Positions 9,405 to 18,488 of a stretch of DNA of 64,000 nt are shown in pieces; within the stretch, counting starts at the first letter, position 1, and every line of letters begins with the position of its first letter. The stretch comes from an uncultured delta proteobacterium (GTDB lineage Bacteria; Desulfobacterota; RBG-13-43-22): positions 384,001 to 448,000 of the forward strand of contig CAWBOS010000013.1 of assembly GCA_963790475.1 (NCBI GenBank), given 5' to 3'. The notes under the pieces were generated by a model that was not told the origin of the DNA, ran no database searches, and saw only the letters and a program-made list of their open reading frames with translations. A program made the position numbers and the translations under genes.

Positions 9405-10415
9405 ATGTTGGTATTAGGCATCGAAACCTCCTGTGATGAAACCGCAGCCTCGGTCTTGAAGGATGGGAAAGAAATCCTTTCCAATGTGGTCTATTCCCAG
9501 ATCGCCCTTCACCGACCTTACGGCGGAGTGGTCCCGGAACTGGCTTCCCGAAAACACCTGGATAATATCATTCCTGTGGTCGAAGAAGCCCTTACTCAAG
9601 CCGGATTAAATTTGGAGGACCTTGAAGGCCTTGCCGTCACCCGGGGTCCGGGTCTGGTGGGCGCCCTATTGGTGGGCTTAAGCTTTGCCAAATCGTTATG
9701 TGCGGTTACCCGTGTCCCCTTAATAGGGGTCAATCACATCGAAGGACATATCTGTTCCATCTTTCTGGAACAGGAAGTGCCTTTCCCTTTTTTATCCCTG
9801 ACGGTTTCCGGTGGACATACCAGTCTGTTTCTGGTAAAGGGAATCGGATCGTATGAAGTTTTGGGGCAAACCCGCGATGACGCGGCCGGTGAGGCCTTTG
9901 ATAAAGTGGCCAAGCTGCTGAATCTGGGATATCCGGGTGGGGACATCATCGAATCTTTGGCTGAAAGAGGAGCGCCCAAGATCCGGTTTCCCAGGGCCAT
10001 GCCATCGGCCGATTCTCTGGATTTCAGCTTCAGCGGAATCAAGACCGCAGTAGTCAATTACGTCAAGGGATTTCCAACCGCCCCGGATAGCCTGAAAAAG
10101 TTTTCTATTGAAAATATTGCCGCCTCTTTTCAGGAGGCGGTGGCGGATATGTTGATTAAAAAGGCCGTCCAGGCTCGGAAGAGGTATAAAACCGAACGGC
10201 TGGTCCTGGCCGGAGGGGTGATCTCCAACGGATATCTGCGCCGCCGGTTCCGGAAGATGGCCCAGGAAGATAATCTGGATCTGTTTATCCCCTCTTCCCA
10301 TCTTTGCACCGATAATGCGGTCATGATCGCCTGGGTGGGGAATCATTACCTGGAAAGAGGAAAACAGGATTCGTTGGATATCGATGCCTTATCGAGATGG
10401 AAAGTTGGGACTTAG
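9405..10415 (+). CDS. tsaD: tRNA N6-adenosine threonylcarbamoyltransferase
   Basis: LGIETSCDET, GGVVPELASRKH, HIEGH, SGGHT, DDAAGEAFDKVA, CTDNA. Confidence 0.97.
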   Translation: MLVLGIETSCDETAASVLKDGKEILSNVVYSQIALHRPYGGVVPELASRKHLDNIIPVVEEALTQAGLNLEDLEGLAVTRGPGLVGALLVGLSFAKSLCAVTRVPLIGVNHIEGHICSIFLEQEVPFPFLSLTVSGGHTSLFLVKGIGSYEVLGQTRDDAAGEAFDKVAKLLNLGYPGGDIIESLAERGAPKIRFPRAMPSADSLDFSFSGIKTAVVNYVKGFPTAPDSLKKFSIENIAASFQEAVADMLIKKAVQARKRYKTERLVLAGGVISNGYLRRRFRKMAQEDNLDLFIPSSHLCTDNAVMIAWVGNHYLERGKQDSLDIDALSRWKVGT

Positions 10416-10514
10416 CGTGTCGACTTCCGGGTTTCGAGCATCGAATTTACTCATTAACAGCTTCAATAAGATCTATTAATTTAATATCAATGGAAAATTT
10501 GGAGGAAAATTGAA

Positions 10515-10691
10515 ATGGAAAAATCGGAATTGCTCGAGTTAAAAGAACAACTGGAAACTAAGGGAATTAAATGGGAAGAGGCTGCCGAGAAGATCAAATT
10601 CGATGTCCTTTTATTGAACCTTTATCTGGCCTCTCCACCGGTCCCCATCAGTGTCATCAATCCACTAAAAAAATTGCTGGAATCAGCCTAA
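10515..10691 (+). CDS. Small hypothetical protein (58 aa), below the ORF-track cut-off
   Basis: GGAGG at 10501-10505 then ATG; MEKSELLELKEQLETKGIKWEEAAEKIKFDVLLLNLYLASPPVPISVINPLKKLLESA; fills an otherwise empty gap. Confidence 0.6.
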   Translation: MEKSELLELKEQLETKGIKWEEAAEKIKFDVLLLNLYLASPPVPISVINPLKKLLESA

Positions 10692-12059
10692 GGCATCTTC
10701 CTTCGGACTGATTACCACTACGCGATTTTTCCCTTGAACTTTAGCCCGGTACATGGCGGCATCGGCTTGCTTCAGAAGCTCCCCCGAGGCCAAGGTTCCA
10801 TCAATCTGGATAAGGCCTATACTGAGAGTTAAGGGGAATATCCGGTCGCCTAACTCAAAAGGATGTCCCTCCATAACCGAACGAAGCCGTTCGGCCGCCG
10901 TAAGGGCTTCCCGGCTGTTCATCCCCTCGAGGAGGACGGCAAATTCATCACCACCCAACCGAAAAACGATATCCTCGATCCGCAGTTCCTTCATGAGCAG
11001 GCCGGTCAGAGTAATCAGAACCTTGTCCCCGACACTGTGACCGAGGGTATCGTTCACCTCCTTGAAGTTGTCGAGGTCCATGTACAGGAGGGACGTCATC
11101 GTTCCTCGTTTGGCCTTGGCGATGCTGCGGTTAAGCATGTCCCGGAGGGAATGCCGGTTTAAAAGACCGGTGAGGGCATCATGAACGGCGAAATATTTCA
11201 GGTTCTCCTGATAGCGTTTTCGATCGGTGATATCGCGGAGAATGGCCGTGAAAAATCGCTGATCAGCGCTTTCCCAGTTGGCCAGCGAAAATTCAATGGG
11301 GAACTCGGTTCCGTCCTTCCGCAGTCCTTCCATTTCAACCGTTTTCCCTAAGACCCGAGGCTCTCCACCGGCTTGCACCCGTGCCATACCGATCAGATGC
11401 CGATCCCGGTAACGGACCGGCATGAGTCGATTCACAGATTGACCGCTGATCTCGGCCTCGGTGTGTCCGAATATTTTTTCAGCCCCCCGGTTCCAACTCA
11501 CAATGCTTCCGGCCCCATCGGCTGTGATAATGGCGTCATTGGCCGAGTGGGTAACCGCCCGGTAATGGGCTTCGCTTTCCCGCAGCGCCTCCTCGGCCCT
11601 CTTGCGTTCTTCAACCTCAATCTGGAGTTGTTCGTTGGCCAGCTGCAGGTCGGCCGCCTGGCGTTCGAGCCGGGCGCGCAATCGAAACAATTCCATTTGG
11701 TTCCTGACCCGAACCAGCAATTCACTGTGCTGGAAGGGTTTGGAAATAAAATCCATGGCGCCCAATTTCAGTCCGTCCACCCGCTGCTCCACTTCCGTAA
11801 TACCGCTAAGGAAAATGACCGGGATGTCCTGACTTTCCTCCTGCGCCTTGAGTTGCCGGAGGACCTCAAATCCGTCCATCCCCGGCATTAAGATATCCAG
11901 AAGGATCAATTCCGGCGGGCTGGCCTTGACTGCGGCGAGCGCGATCTCTCCGCTGTCTGCGGAACGCACCCGATAGCCCTCCATCACCAGGATATCGGTT
12001 ATTAGATTTAGGATCATCTGGGTATCATCCACTACCAAAACATCGCCTTTATCGTTCAA
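10683..12059 (-). CDS. Response-regulator diguanylate cyclase (REC-PAS-GGDEF)
   Basis: VLVVDD...LILLDILMPGMDG...DFISKP; PAS (WNRGAEKIFG); HDALTGLLNR, DLDNFKEVND, RIED I-site, GGDEF. TTG start at 12059 after AAAGGAG. Confidence 0.92.
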   Translation of the reverse strand: MNDKGDVLVVDDTQMILNLITDILVMEGYRVRSADSGEIALAAVKASPPELILLDILMPGMDGFEVLRQLKAQEESQDIPVIFLSGITEVEQRVDGLKLGAMDFISKPFQHSELLVRVRNQMELFRLRARLERQAADLQLANEQLQIEVEERKRAEEALRESEAHYRAVTHSANDAIITADGAGSIVSWNRGAEKIFGHTEAEISGQSVNRLMPVRYRDRHLIGMARVQAGGEPRVLGKTVEMEGLRKDGTEFPIEFSLANWESADQRFFTAILRDITDRKRYQENLKYFAVHDALTGLLNRHSLRDMLNRSIAKAKRGTMTSLLYMDLDNFKEVNDTLGHSVGDKVLITLTGLLMKELRIEDIVFRLGGDEFAVLLEGMNSREALTAAERLRSVMEGHPFELGDRIFPLTLSIGLIQIDGTLASGELLKQADAAMYRAKVQGKNRVVVISPKEDALG

Positions 12060-12337
12060 GTGGTCTCCTTTGCAGAATGGATGTTGGCGGAATGCAGGAC
12101 GATGCAATAACCTAGTTGGTCGGCATGCCGGACCGGCAAATGGCCAAGCGACTGATCGGGGTCAAGACGGCCGGGACCTTTCAATTGTTTACCTCACAAA
12201 ACCCTGGCTTGAATTTCGGATCTCCCCTGAAAAACTGATTTCTATATTATGAATTTAAAGGAAGGAGTCAACATAAAAAAAAGGACCTGGTATCCGATGG
12301 GCTTCACTAAATTCGATCCGAAATCCGAAATAGGAGA

Positions 12338-12790
12338 TTACTCAAACCAAAATCCTTTTCCTCTAAGCAACCCCAGAAAAACCTCTACTACCCGGGGGTC
12401 ATACAATACCACCCTTGTTCGTTTCGATCTCCTCCAGAGCGCTCTCGATCCCCAGGGCGGGGCGATAAGGACGGTAAGAGGCCATGGCCTCCACCACATC
12501 GGCCACCATAAGGATCCGGGCTTCCAAGGAGATGTCTTCTCCCTTGAGCCCCCGGGGGTATCCGGAACCATTCATTCGTTCATGGTGTTGAAGGACTATC
12601 TCGGCCAGGGGCCAGAGAAATTCTATCCCCTTGAGTATGTCATGCCCTATCTGAGTATGGTCCTGAATCCGTTGGTATTCGATCTCGCTCAACTTGATCG
12701 GTTTGGTTAGTATCTCAGCCGGAATCGATATCTTGCCCAGGTCGTGAATAGTCCCGGCTATGCGCAACCCGATCCATCGATCACCGTCCA
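12338..12790 (-). pseudogene. HD-GYP (c-di-GMP phosphodiesterase) C-terminal fragment
   Basis: HDLGKI, QHHERMNGSGYPRGL, ADVVEAMASYRPYR; frameshift into LYDPRVV; N-terminus missing. Confidence 0.8.
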
Positions 12791-12829
12791 GTTTCCATCT
12801 CTCGTATTCGGTGATTCCCTTGTCTGAAA

Positions 12830-13210
12830 AAACTTCCGCTGACCCCGGTGTAATTCAGGAACCGTGAGTTGGATGAGGCCATGAAAAACGGCCAGTTCCC
12901 GATTGGGCGGGATCACATAGACCTGGTTTGGTTTAACGGCCATCTGACCTGGGCCTCAATGACCGTCATGGTGGTGCTCCTTTGCAGGATCTCAGTCAGC
13001 ATACTGGCATGTCCCTGATTGAGATGGGAAACCAGGATTAAAAGCCATACTGTTGTCAGGGTTTAGGTGATGGAAAAAATTCTCACAGGCCTCCAACCCT
13101 CCGGCCGAGGCCCCCATCCCGATGATGGGAAAATTTTTCTCCGGCATCGGCCTCGCTTTCGTATCGAGGGAGCCTGCCGGTTTCAGGTCATTTTTCTTCC
13201 TGGTCTTCAA
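12830..13210 (-). pseudogene. CheB methylesterase N-terminal fragment (CheB/CheR-fusion type), frameshifted and truncated
   Basis: FPIIGMGASAGGLEACENFF, HASMLTEILQRSTTMTV, VKPNQVYVIPPN in successive frames. Confidence 0.8.
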
Positions 13211-13323
13211 GGTTTTCTCCTTGGCAATGGGTCATGCCCGGGGTAGGAAGCCTTTGCCGGCCTTATCCCTGGCAGCTTTGCTTATGGCCTTTCTTTCCAC
13301 CAACACTGACCCCGGCCTCAATC

Positions 13324-15077
13324 TTATTTTTGGCCTGTATCTTCCAGACTAATAACCACCACACGATTCTTCCCTTGCGCTTTGGCCCGGTACACAGCGG
13401 TGTCGGCTTGGGACAAAAGTTGGACCGGCGCTGATGTTCCGTCGATCTGGGTTAGGCCAATGCTGAGACTCAAAGGAAATAGCCGGCCGCTTTCCTCAAA
13501 AGGATGAGCCACCACAGCTAAACGCAAACGTTCCGCTACCGAAAGGGCTTCCCGGCTGTCCATCCCGTCGAGAAGAACGGCGAATTCATCGCCCCCCAGC
13601 CTGAAAACGAGGTCTTCGGTCCGCAGCTCCACTTTGATGAGGTTGGTCAGGGTGATCAGGACCTCATCCCCGGAGCTGTGGCCGACCGTATCATTGACGT
13701 CCTTCAAGTTGTCAAGGTCCATATACAAGAGTGAACTCTTTGCGCCTCGTTTGGCCTTGGCGATGGTCCGGGTGAGTAGGTCTTCGAGTGAATGTCGGTT
13801 CAAAAGACCGGTGAGCGGGTCATGGATGGCAACATATTCCAGGTAATCCTGGTAGTGTTTGCGCTCGGTAACATCACGCAGAATGGCGGTGTAAAACCGG
13901 CCTTCATCGGTCTCCCCCCGGGCCAGGGAAAGTTCGACGGGAAACTCGCTCCCATCTTTACGTCGTCCTTCCAGTTCAACCGTTTTGCCGATCACCTGGG
14001 GTTCTTCACCGGCTCGCACACGGCTCATTCCGGCCAGATGCCGTTCAGAGTAACGGTCAGACATCAGTCGGGTCACAGGTTGACCACTGATCTCGAATGC
14101 GGTGAAACCGAACATTTTCTCCGCGCTCCGGTTCCAGCTCATAATATTCCCCGCGCCATCGGCCGTAATAATGGCATCGTTGGCCGAGTGGGTTACCGCC
14201 CGGTAGCGTGCTTCGCTCTCGCCTAACGCCTCCTCGGCCCTTTTGCGATCATTGATATCGCGGGTAAAACTCACTACATGGGGAATGCCTTTCAAAGGAT
14301 CATTCCGATCGGCTGTCTCAAAAGTTCTTCATCCCGGTATCCAAGCGCTTCTTCGGCTTGACGGTTTATTTTGACGATCTTCCCTTCTTGATTGGTCAAG
14401 ATCAGGATATCTTTCATTGAGAAATGATCTCACCCGTGGCAATGGCCGGGGTCAGGACCATCAAACGGTATTTGACTATGGCCTTCCAGACTCCATAAGC
14501 CCAGATGAGTATAATGATAGGCGCGATCGCCGGCAAAATCTGCAGGTGAAAAACCGGAAGGATGATATTGATCAGGGTCCCTAACCCAAAAGACAAAGCG
14601 ACGGTGTTGATAATGATTCGGGACTGTTTTTTATGAAGGGGAATAGTGGATCCACCACCAGATGGAGTCCGGGGCACCAACTTCAACCCACCCTAAAGAA
14701 GTCCGGACGAAATCTTTGGCGGTTACAATCCCCGTCCAGGCTTGGAACAAAATGATTATTCCCGGCAGATAAAGGACCGGGTAAATCCACTTTTTTCTAA
14801 GGAGATTTTCCTGTTGGGTCAGGACTAAAGCAAGATGCAGGGAAAAACCGCCTACCAGGCACCACCCGAGGGCTGAGAGTTTAAACCAAAACCAGACAAC
14901 TTCTTTGTCGGGAGCGAGATAAACGAAAGAATAAGTAAAAGCCCACCAGGCTAAATCCAGGCATAAGAGTAAAAAAACCCGGTTTAATGTGGATCGGGAA
15001 TCCAATTTAAAAGCATAAAAACCGAGATAAATATAGACGGTGAAGGAAAGCAGAGAAAAGAGAGAAAAGAGATTCAA
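13324..15077 (-). pseudogene. Membrane (HisKA_7TM-like)-PAS-GGDEF diguanylate cyclase, disrupted in its N-terminal half
   Basis: ORFs 14631..15077 and 14414..14686 are hydrophobic 7TM-type pieces; 13324..14295 is an open PAS-GGDEF (RTED, GGDEF) closely similar to 10683..11620. Confidence 0.8.
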
Positions 15078-15208
15078 AGGTCTATCCTCATATAAAAAAT
15101 CCGGTCGTCATTTGGACCGGCAATGGGCCGGCAAAGCGGGATCGGCGGAACCGACTTTTTTGCCCCAAGGCGCCTGCCTCAAACGGGCAGGAGGGTTATA
15201 AAAACATA

Positions 15209-15934
15209 TTATTCAACCGGAGAAAAATGAAGATCAGCCGGGGTGTCCACCTCAAAGGAATCCTGGGCGCTTTCGATGACCTGGATAGAATACCCGGATT
15301 CCAAAGCCCGCAATTGCTCCAACTTCTCCGCCGCTTCCAAAACCCCGGTGGGTAATGAGGCAAAGACTCGAAGGAAGGATCTGGTATAAGCATAAATCCC
15401 CAGGTGTTTGTAATAAACCGGTTTTTCCTCCCGGTCCCGGTAATGAGGAATCGGCGAGCGGGAAAAATATAAGGCCTGACCGGAATGGTTAAAGACCGTT
15501 TTAACATGCTTGGGATCGGGGATTTCCGCCGGATCGGTGATTCGATAAATGAGGGTACTCATCTTCCACTCCGGATGAGCCTGGTGACGGGCAATCAAAT
15601 CGGTCACTGCCTCGACGGGTAAAAAAGGCTGGTCTCCCTGGCAATTGACCACCAAGGTCCCCGGACCCAGTTTCAACAGACCGGCCGCCTCGGCCACCCG
15701 ATCGGTGCCTGAACGGTGATCCGCCCGAGTCATGACCACCTCTGCTTTAAAGACTGTTGCCGTTTCGGCTATTCGAAGATCATCGGTGGCCACCACAACC
15801 TGTGAAATGCCGGGTATCTTCCTGGCCCGAAGGACGACCTGTCCGATCATAGGCAAACCGTTGATCAAGCCCAGGGGTTTTCCCGGGAAGCGGGTGGATT
15901 CATAGCGGGCCGGGATAATGATGACGGGTTCCAT
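15209..15934 (-). CDS. kdsB: 3-deoxy-manno-octulosonate cytidylyltransferase
   Basis: IPARYESTRFPGKPL, SGTDR, QGDQP, ALYFSRSPIP, EKLEQLRAL. Confidence 0.96.
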   Translation of the reverse strand: MEPVIIIPARYESTRFPGKPLGLINGLPMIGQVVLRARKIPGISQVVVATDDLRIAETATVFKAEVVMTRADHRSGTDRVAEAAGLLKLGPGTLVVNCQGDQPFLPVEAVTDLIARHQAHPEWKMSTLIYRITDPAEIPDPKHVKTVFNHSGQALYFSRSPIPHYRDREEKPVYYKHLGIYAYTRSFLRVFASLPTGVLEAAEKLEQLRALESGYSIQVIESAQDSFEVDTPADLHFSPVE

Positions 15935-16016
15935 TTTTCTTAATCGCCTAGCTGCTTGCTAAACTTATCTGAATTATTCAGAAGCGGGTGGCGCGTTCCC
16001 TTTACGAATTGTTCCT

Positions 16017-16044
16017 TACCCCGCAACCTCTAACCCGTAACCGG
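16017..16044. repeat. Tandem 7-mer array (TAACCCG-type x4)
   Basis: TACCCCG CAACCTC TAACCCG TAACCGG; same unit family as 42153-42225. Confidence 0.55.
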
Positions 16045-16099
16045 GTTCTTACGAGAGATAAATTCCTGGATTTAGGTTGTAAAAATAAAATATCAATAA

Positions 16100-17086
16100 C
16101 TAAGAAGAAATGGTTTGTTTTTTAATCAAAGAAAATGGGGGTATTATCACTCCATTTTTTAATATGGATTCTTCTATAACAACATGGGAAGAAATTTCAC
16201 AGCAGGAGCCGATTCGGGTATTACCCCGGATCATGGTGAAGGGCCCGATGGTCGTATCCGGACCCACCCGTACCGAGCTTTCAATATGAGTGGACATCGG
16301 ATCGATAATAGTGACCCCCCGGAGCATCCAGTCCTTAAGGATCCGTTGTTCGAGGACCCGCCCGGAACGGGCTAGTTCGGACCGGTCATTGATCCCCAAG
16401 ACCTCCTCGGACCGGGGATGAAAAAAGGTCGATACCGGCAGCCCATTTTCCCGGGCCAATTGGACCAGGTCGGTCAGATAATATTCCTTTTGCCGGTTTT
16501 TTCGAGTTAATTTGGAAAGGGATGAAAAAAGGAATCCCGAATCAAAGCAATAAAGACCGGTGTTGATTTCCTGGACTTGCCCTTCCTGAGGGGAAGCATC
16601 CTTCTCCTCGACAATTTTCAGCAGTCGCCCTTGCGGGTCCCGTATGATCCGGCCGTATCCTTTAGGATCCGCAACGCTGGTGCTGATCAGGGTTAAAACG
16701 GCCTTCCCCTGCTTGTGCACCTGAAGCATTTTTTTCAGGGTCCCCTTTTCGATCAAGGGCACATCGCCGTAAAGGACCAACACCGTGCCCTGAAACCCTT
16801 TCATTTCTCTTTGGGCCATCTTAAGGGCATGACCGGTGCCTAACTGAGGCGACTGTTTGACAAGAACCCCGGGCCAGGTCCGGAATGCCTCCGCCAGAAG
16901 TTCGGCCTGGTGGCCGACAACCAAGAGACTTTTTTGAGGCCTCATGCTCAGGGCCGTGCCTAAAACATAACTCAATATCGGTTTGCCCAACAAGGGGTGG
17001 AGCATCTTCGGGATATCGGATTTCATCCGGGTCCCTTTGCCGGCGGCCAGGATAACAACAGCTAAAGGTTTTCTGCGGGTAGGCAT
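16100..17086 (-). CDS. glmU: UDP-GlcNAc pyrophosphorylase, GlmU-like, C-terminally short (most of the acetyltransferase beta-helix absent)
   Basis: LAAGKGTRMKS, QLGTGHA, YGDVPL, GYGRI, EINTG, EYYLTD, GINDR, GVTIIDP; ends at 328 aa. Confidence 0.85.
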   Translation of the reverse strand: MPTRRKPLAVVILAAGKGTRMKSDIPKMLHPLLGKPILSYVLGTALSMRPQKSLLVVGHQAELLAEAFRTWPGVLVKQSPQLGTGHALKMAQREMKGFQGTVLVLYGDVPLIEKGTLKKMLQVHKQGKAVLTLISTSVADPKGYGRIIRDPQGRLLKIVEEKDASPQEGQVQEINTGLYCFDSGFLFSSLSKLTRKNRQKEYYLTDLVQLARENGLPVSTFFHPRSEEVLGINDRSELARSGRVLEQRILKDWMLRGVTIIDPMSTHIESSVRVGPDTTIGPFTMIRGNTRIGSCCEISSHVVIEESILKNGVIIPPFSLIKKQTISS

Positions 17087-17103
17087 TCAATGAGCCTCTA
17101 ATT

Positions 17104-17244
17104 TAAGCCTCTTGCCAGAGTCCAATTTTTTTAAAATAGGGCAGGTATCTTGCCTGACAATAGGTTGAAATCAATAGATGCCAGTCAGTGCGGCTGACCT
17201 AATAAATGAGAAATTAACCTGAGCGGACTTTTGCAAGGGATTTA
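17104..17244. repeat. Degenerate MITE-like element with terminal inverted repeats
   Basis: TAAGCCTCTTGCCAGAGTCC (17104-17123) pairs at about 15/20 with GGACTTTTGCAAGGGATTTA (17225-17244); ends resemble those of 18002-18193. Confidence 0.45.
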
Positions 17245-17293
17245 ATTCAACTCAATTTCTTATTCTCAAAGGAGAAAATGAGAAACGGTCGCC

Positions 17294-17959
17294 TTATCCG
17301 GTCTTTTCCAGAACCTTATAAGTCATCATACCTAATTTTATTGATATATCGTCATTCATGACCACCATATTATCCGGGGCCTTAACCGATCTTGAGGCCA
17401 TATAGAGCACGGCCTTCATGCCGATTTTCCCGAGACGGTCGATAACCGCCTGAACTTCCGGCGGCGGCAAAGCTATGATGGCGATGTGATCTTCTTCGGG
17501 ATCAATATGGGTTTCAAGTTCCTCGATCGGATACACCATAATAGGGTCATCGCTATTCTTCACCAGATCGGGATCTTTTTCAAAAACTTTTCTTATGACC
17601 AGATTATTTTCTTTTAACATCTGAGAGTTGATCAGCACATTCCTGAACCGACCTCCACCTATGATTACCAGACCCCATTTTCTGCTGAGTCCCAGTATGT
17701 TGGCGAGTTCGGTTTTTAATGATTGAACTTCATAGCCAACCCCCCGGCAACCGAAGGTGCCAAAAAAAGACAGATCCTTTCTAACCATGACAGGGGAAAT
17801 CCCTTCGATGTCAGCCAGTTCCATCGAGGTTGTGCGTTTGACATCTTGTTTTTCCATTCTATTTAATGTTCGATAATAAATGGAAAGCCGCCGGATGGTA
17901 GAATCGGATATTTTGTCTGTCCTTAATTTTCCCTTTTCATCAATATTATTTACTTCCAT
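17294..17959 (-). CDS. rex: Redox-sensing transcriptional repressor Rex (divergent dinucleotide-binding domain)
   Basis: STIRRLSIYYR, VRKDLSFFGTFGCRGVGYEV; ATG 17959 after GGAGA. Confidence 0.88.
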   Translation of the reverse strand: MEVNNIDEKGKLRTDKISDSTIRRLSIYYRTLNRMEKQDVKRTTSMELADIEGISPVMVRKDLSFFGTFGCRGVGYEVQSLKTELANILGLSRKWGLVIIGGGRFRNVLINSQMLKENNLVIRKVFEKDPDLVKNSDDPIMVYPIEELETHIDPEEDHIAIIALPPPEVQAVIDRLGKIGMKAVLYMASRSVKAPDNMVVMNDDISIKLGMMTYKVLEKTG

Positions 17960-18001
17960 AAAATTATATCTCCATTTGCTTGACAAGAATTTTCTTTTTT
18001 T

Positions 18002-18193
18002 TGAACCTCCTGCAAAAATCTTTAATCGTTATTCCTGGCTCTTCTCCCTTGCCGGATAACCCCAGTCGAAATCCAGTTCAAAGATCTGGTTTCCGGCTCT
18101 GGCCGGGACCACGCCTTGACCCCGATCCTGGCCCCGGACTTGATCCGGGACTCACCGGAGGTGACGGAATTCCTGAGGTATGCAAGTGGTTCA
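18002..18193. repeat. MITE/REP-like palindromic element with terminal inverted repeats
   Basis: TGAACCTCCTGCA ... TGCAAGTGGTTCA (11/13); internal CGTTATTCC...GGTGACG and CCCGGACTTGATCCGGG hairpins. Confidence 0.65.
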
Positions 18194-18267
18194 CTTGAAA
18201 TGAATAATTGAATATAAGATGGAGGGGAAAGAAGAGTCAAGGATAAAAATAGTTTCCCTTTTTCCCC

Positions 18268-18332
18268 TTGACCCCTCTTAGGCTTATTTTATACTCACTT
18301 CACCCATAAGAATATTGTGAAATCTTTAACTT
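18268..18332 (+). promoter_or_regulatory. Sigma70-type promoter followed by a candidate Rex box
   Basis: TTGACC-16-TATACT (18268-18295); TTGTGAAATCTTTAACTT (18315-18332) matches TTGTGAAATATTTCACAA at 14/18. Confidence 0.45.
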
Positions 18333-18488
18333 ATGCCAGGCATTATGAATGGAGGAGCCAGAAAAAAAGGACATTAAACAGAACAAGCGGGGCAGTTTTT
18401 TTATTATTTTTAATATCCCTCATCGGTTTTTCCAGCGTGATTTTCGCTTCCATAACCAAGGGCCCGGCTGAAAACGAGTTAAAAAAAG

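Noticed and set aside
12060-12200. c-di-GMP-I (GEMM) riboswitch upstream of the cyclase
   Set aside because: GGCAAA occurs only on the non-coding strand, and the GNRA-loop/GACGCAAAGC architecture is absent; kept only as an unknown motif.
12070-12710. Plus-strand ORFs 12070..12252 and 12249..12710
   Set aside because: Shadow ORFs antisense to the cyclase leader and the HD-GYP fragment, with no recognisable motifs.
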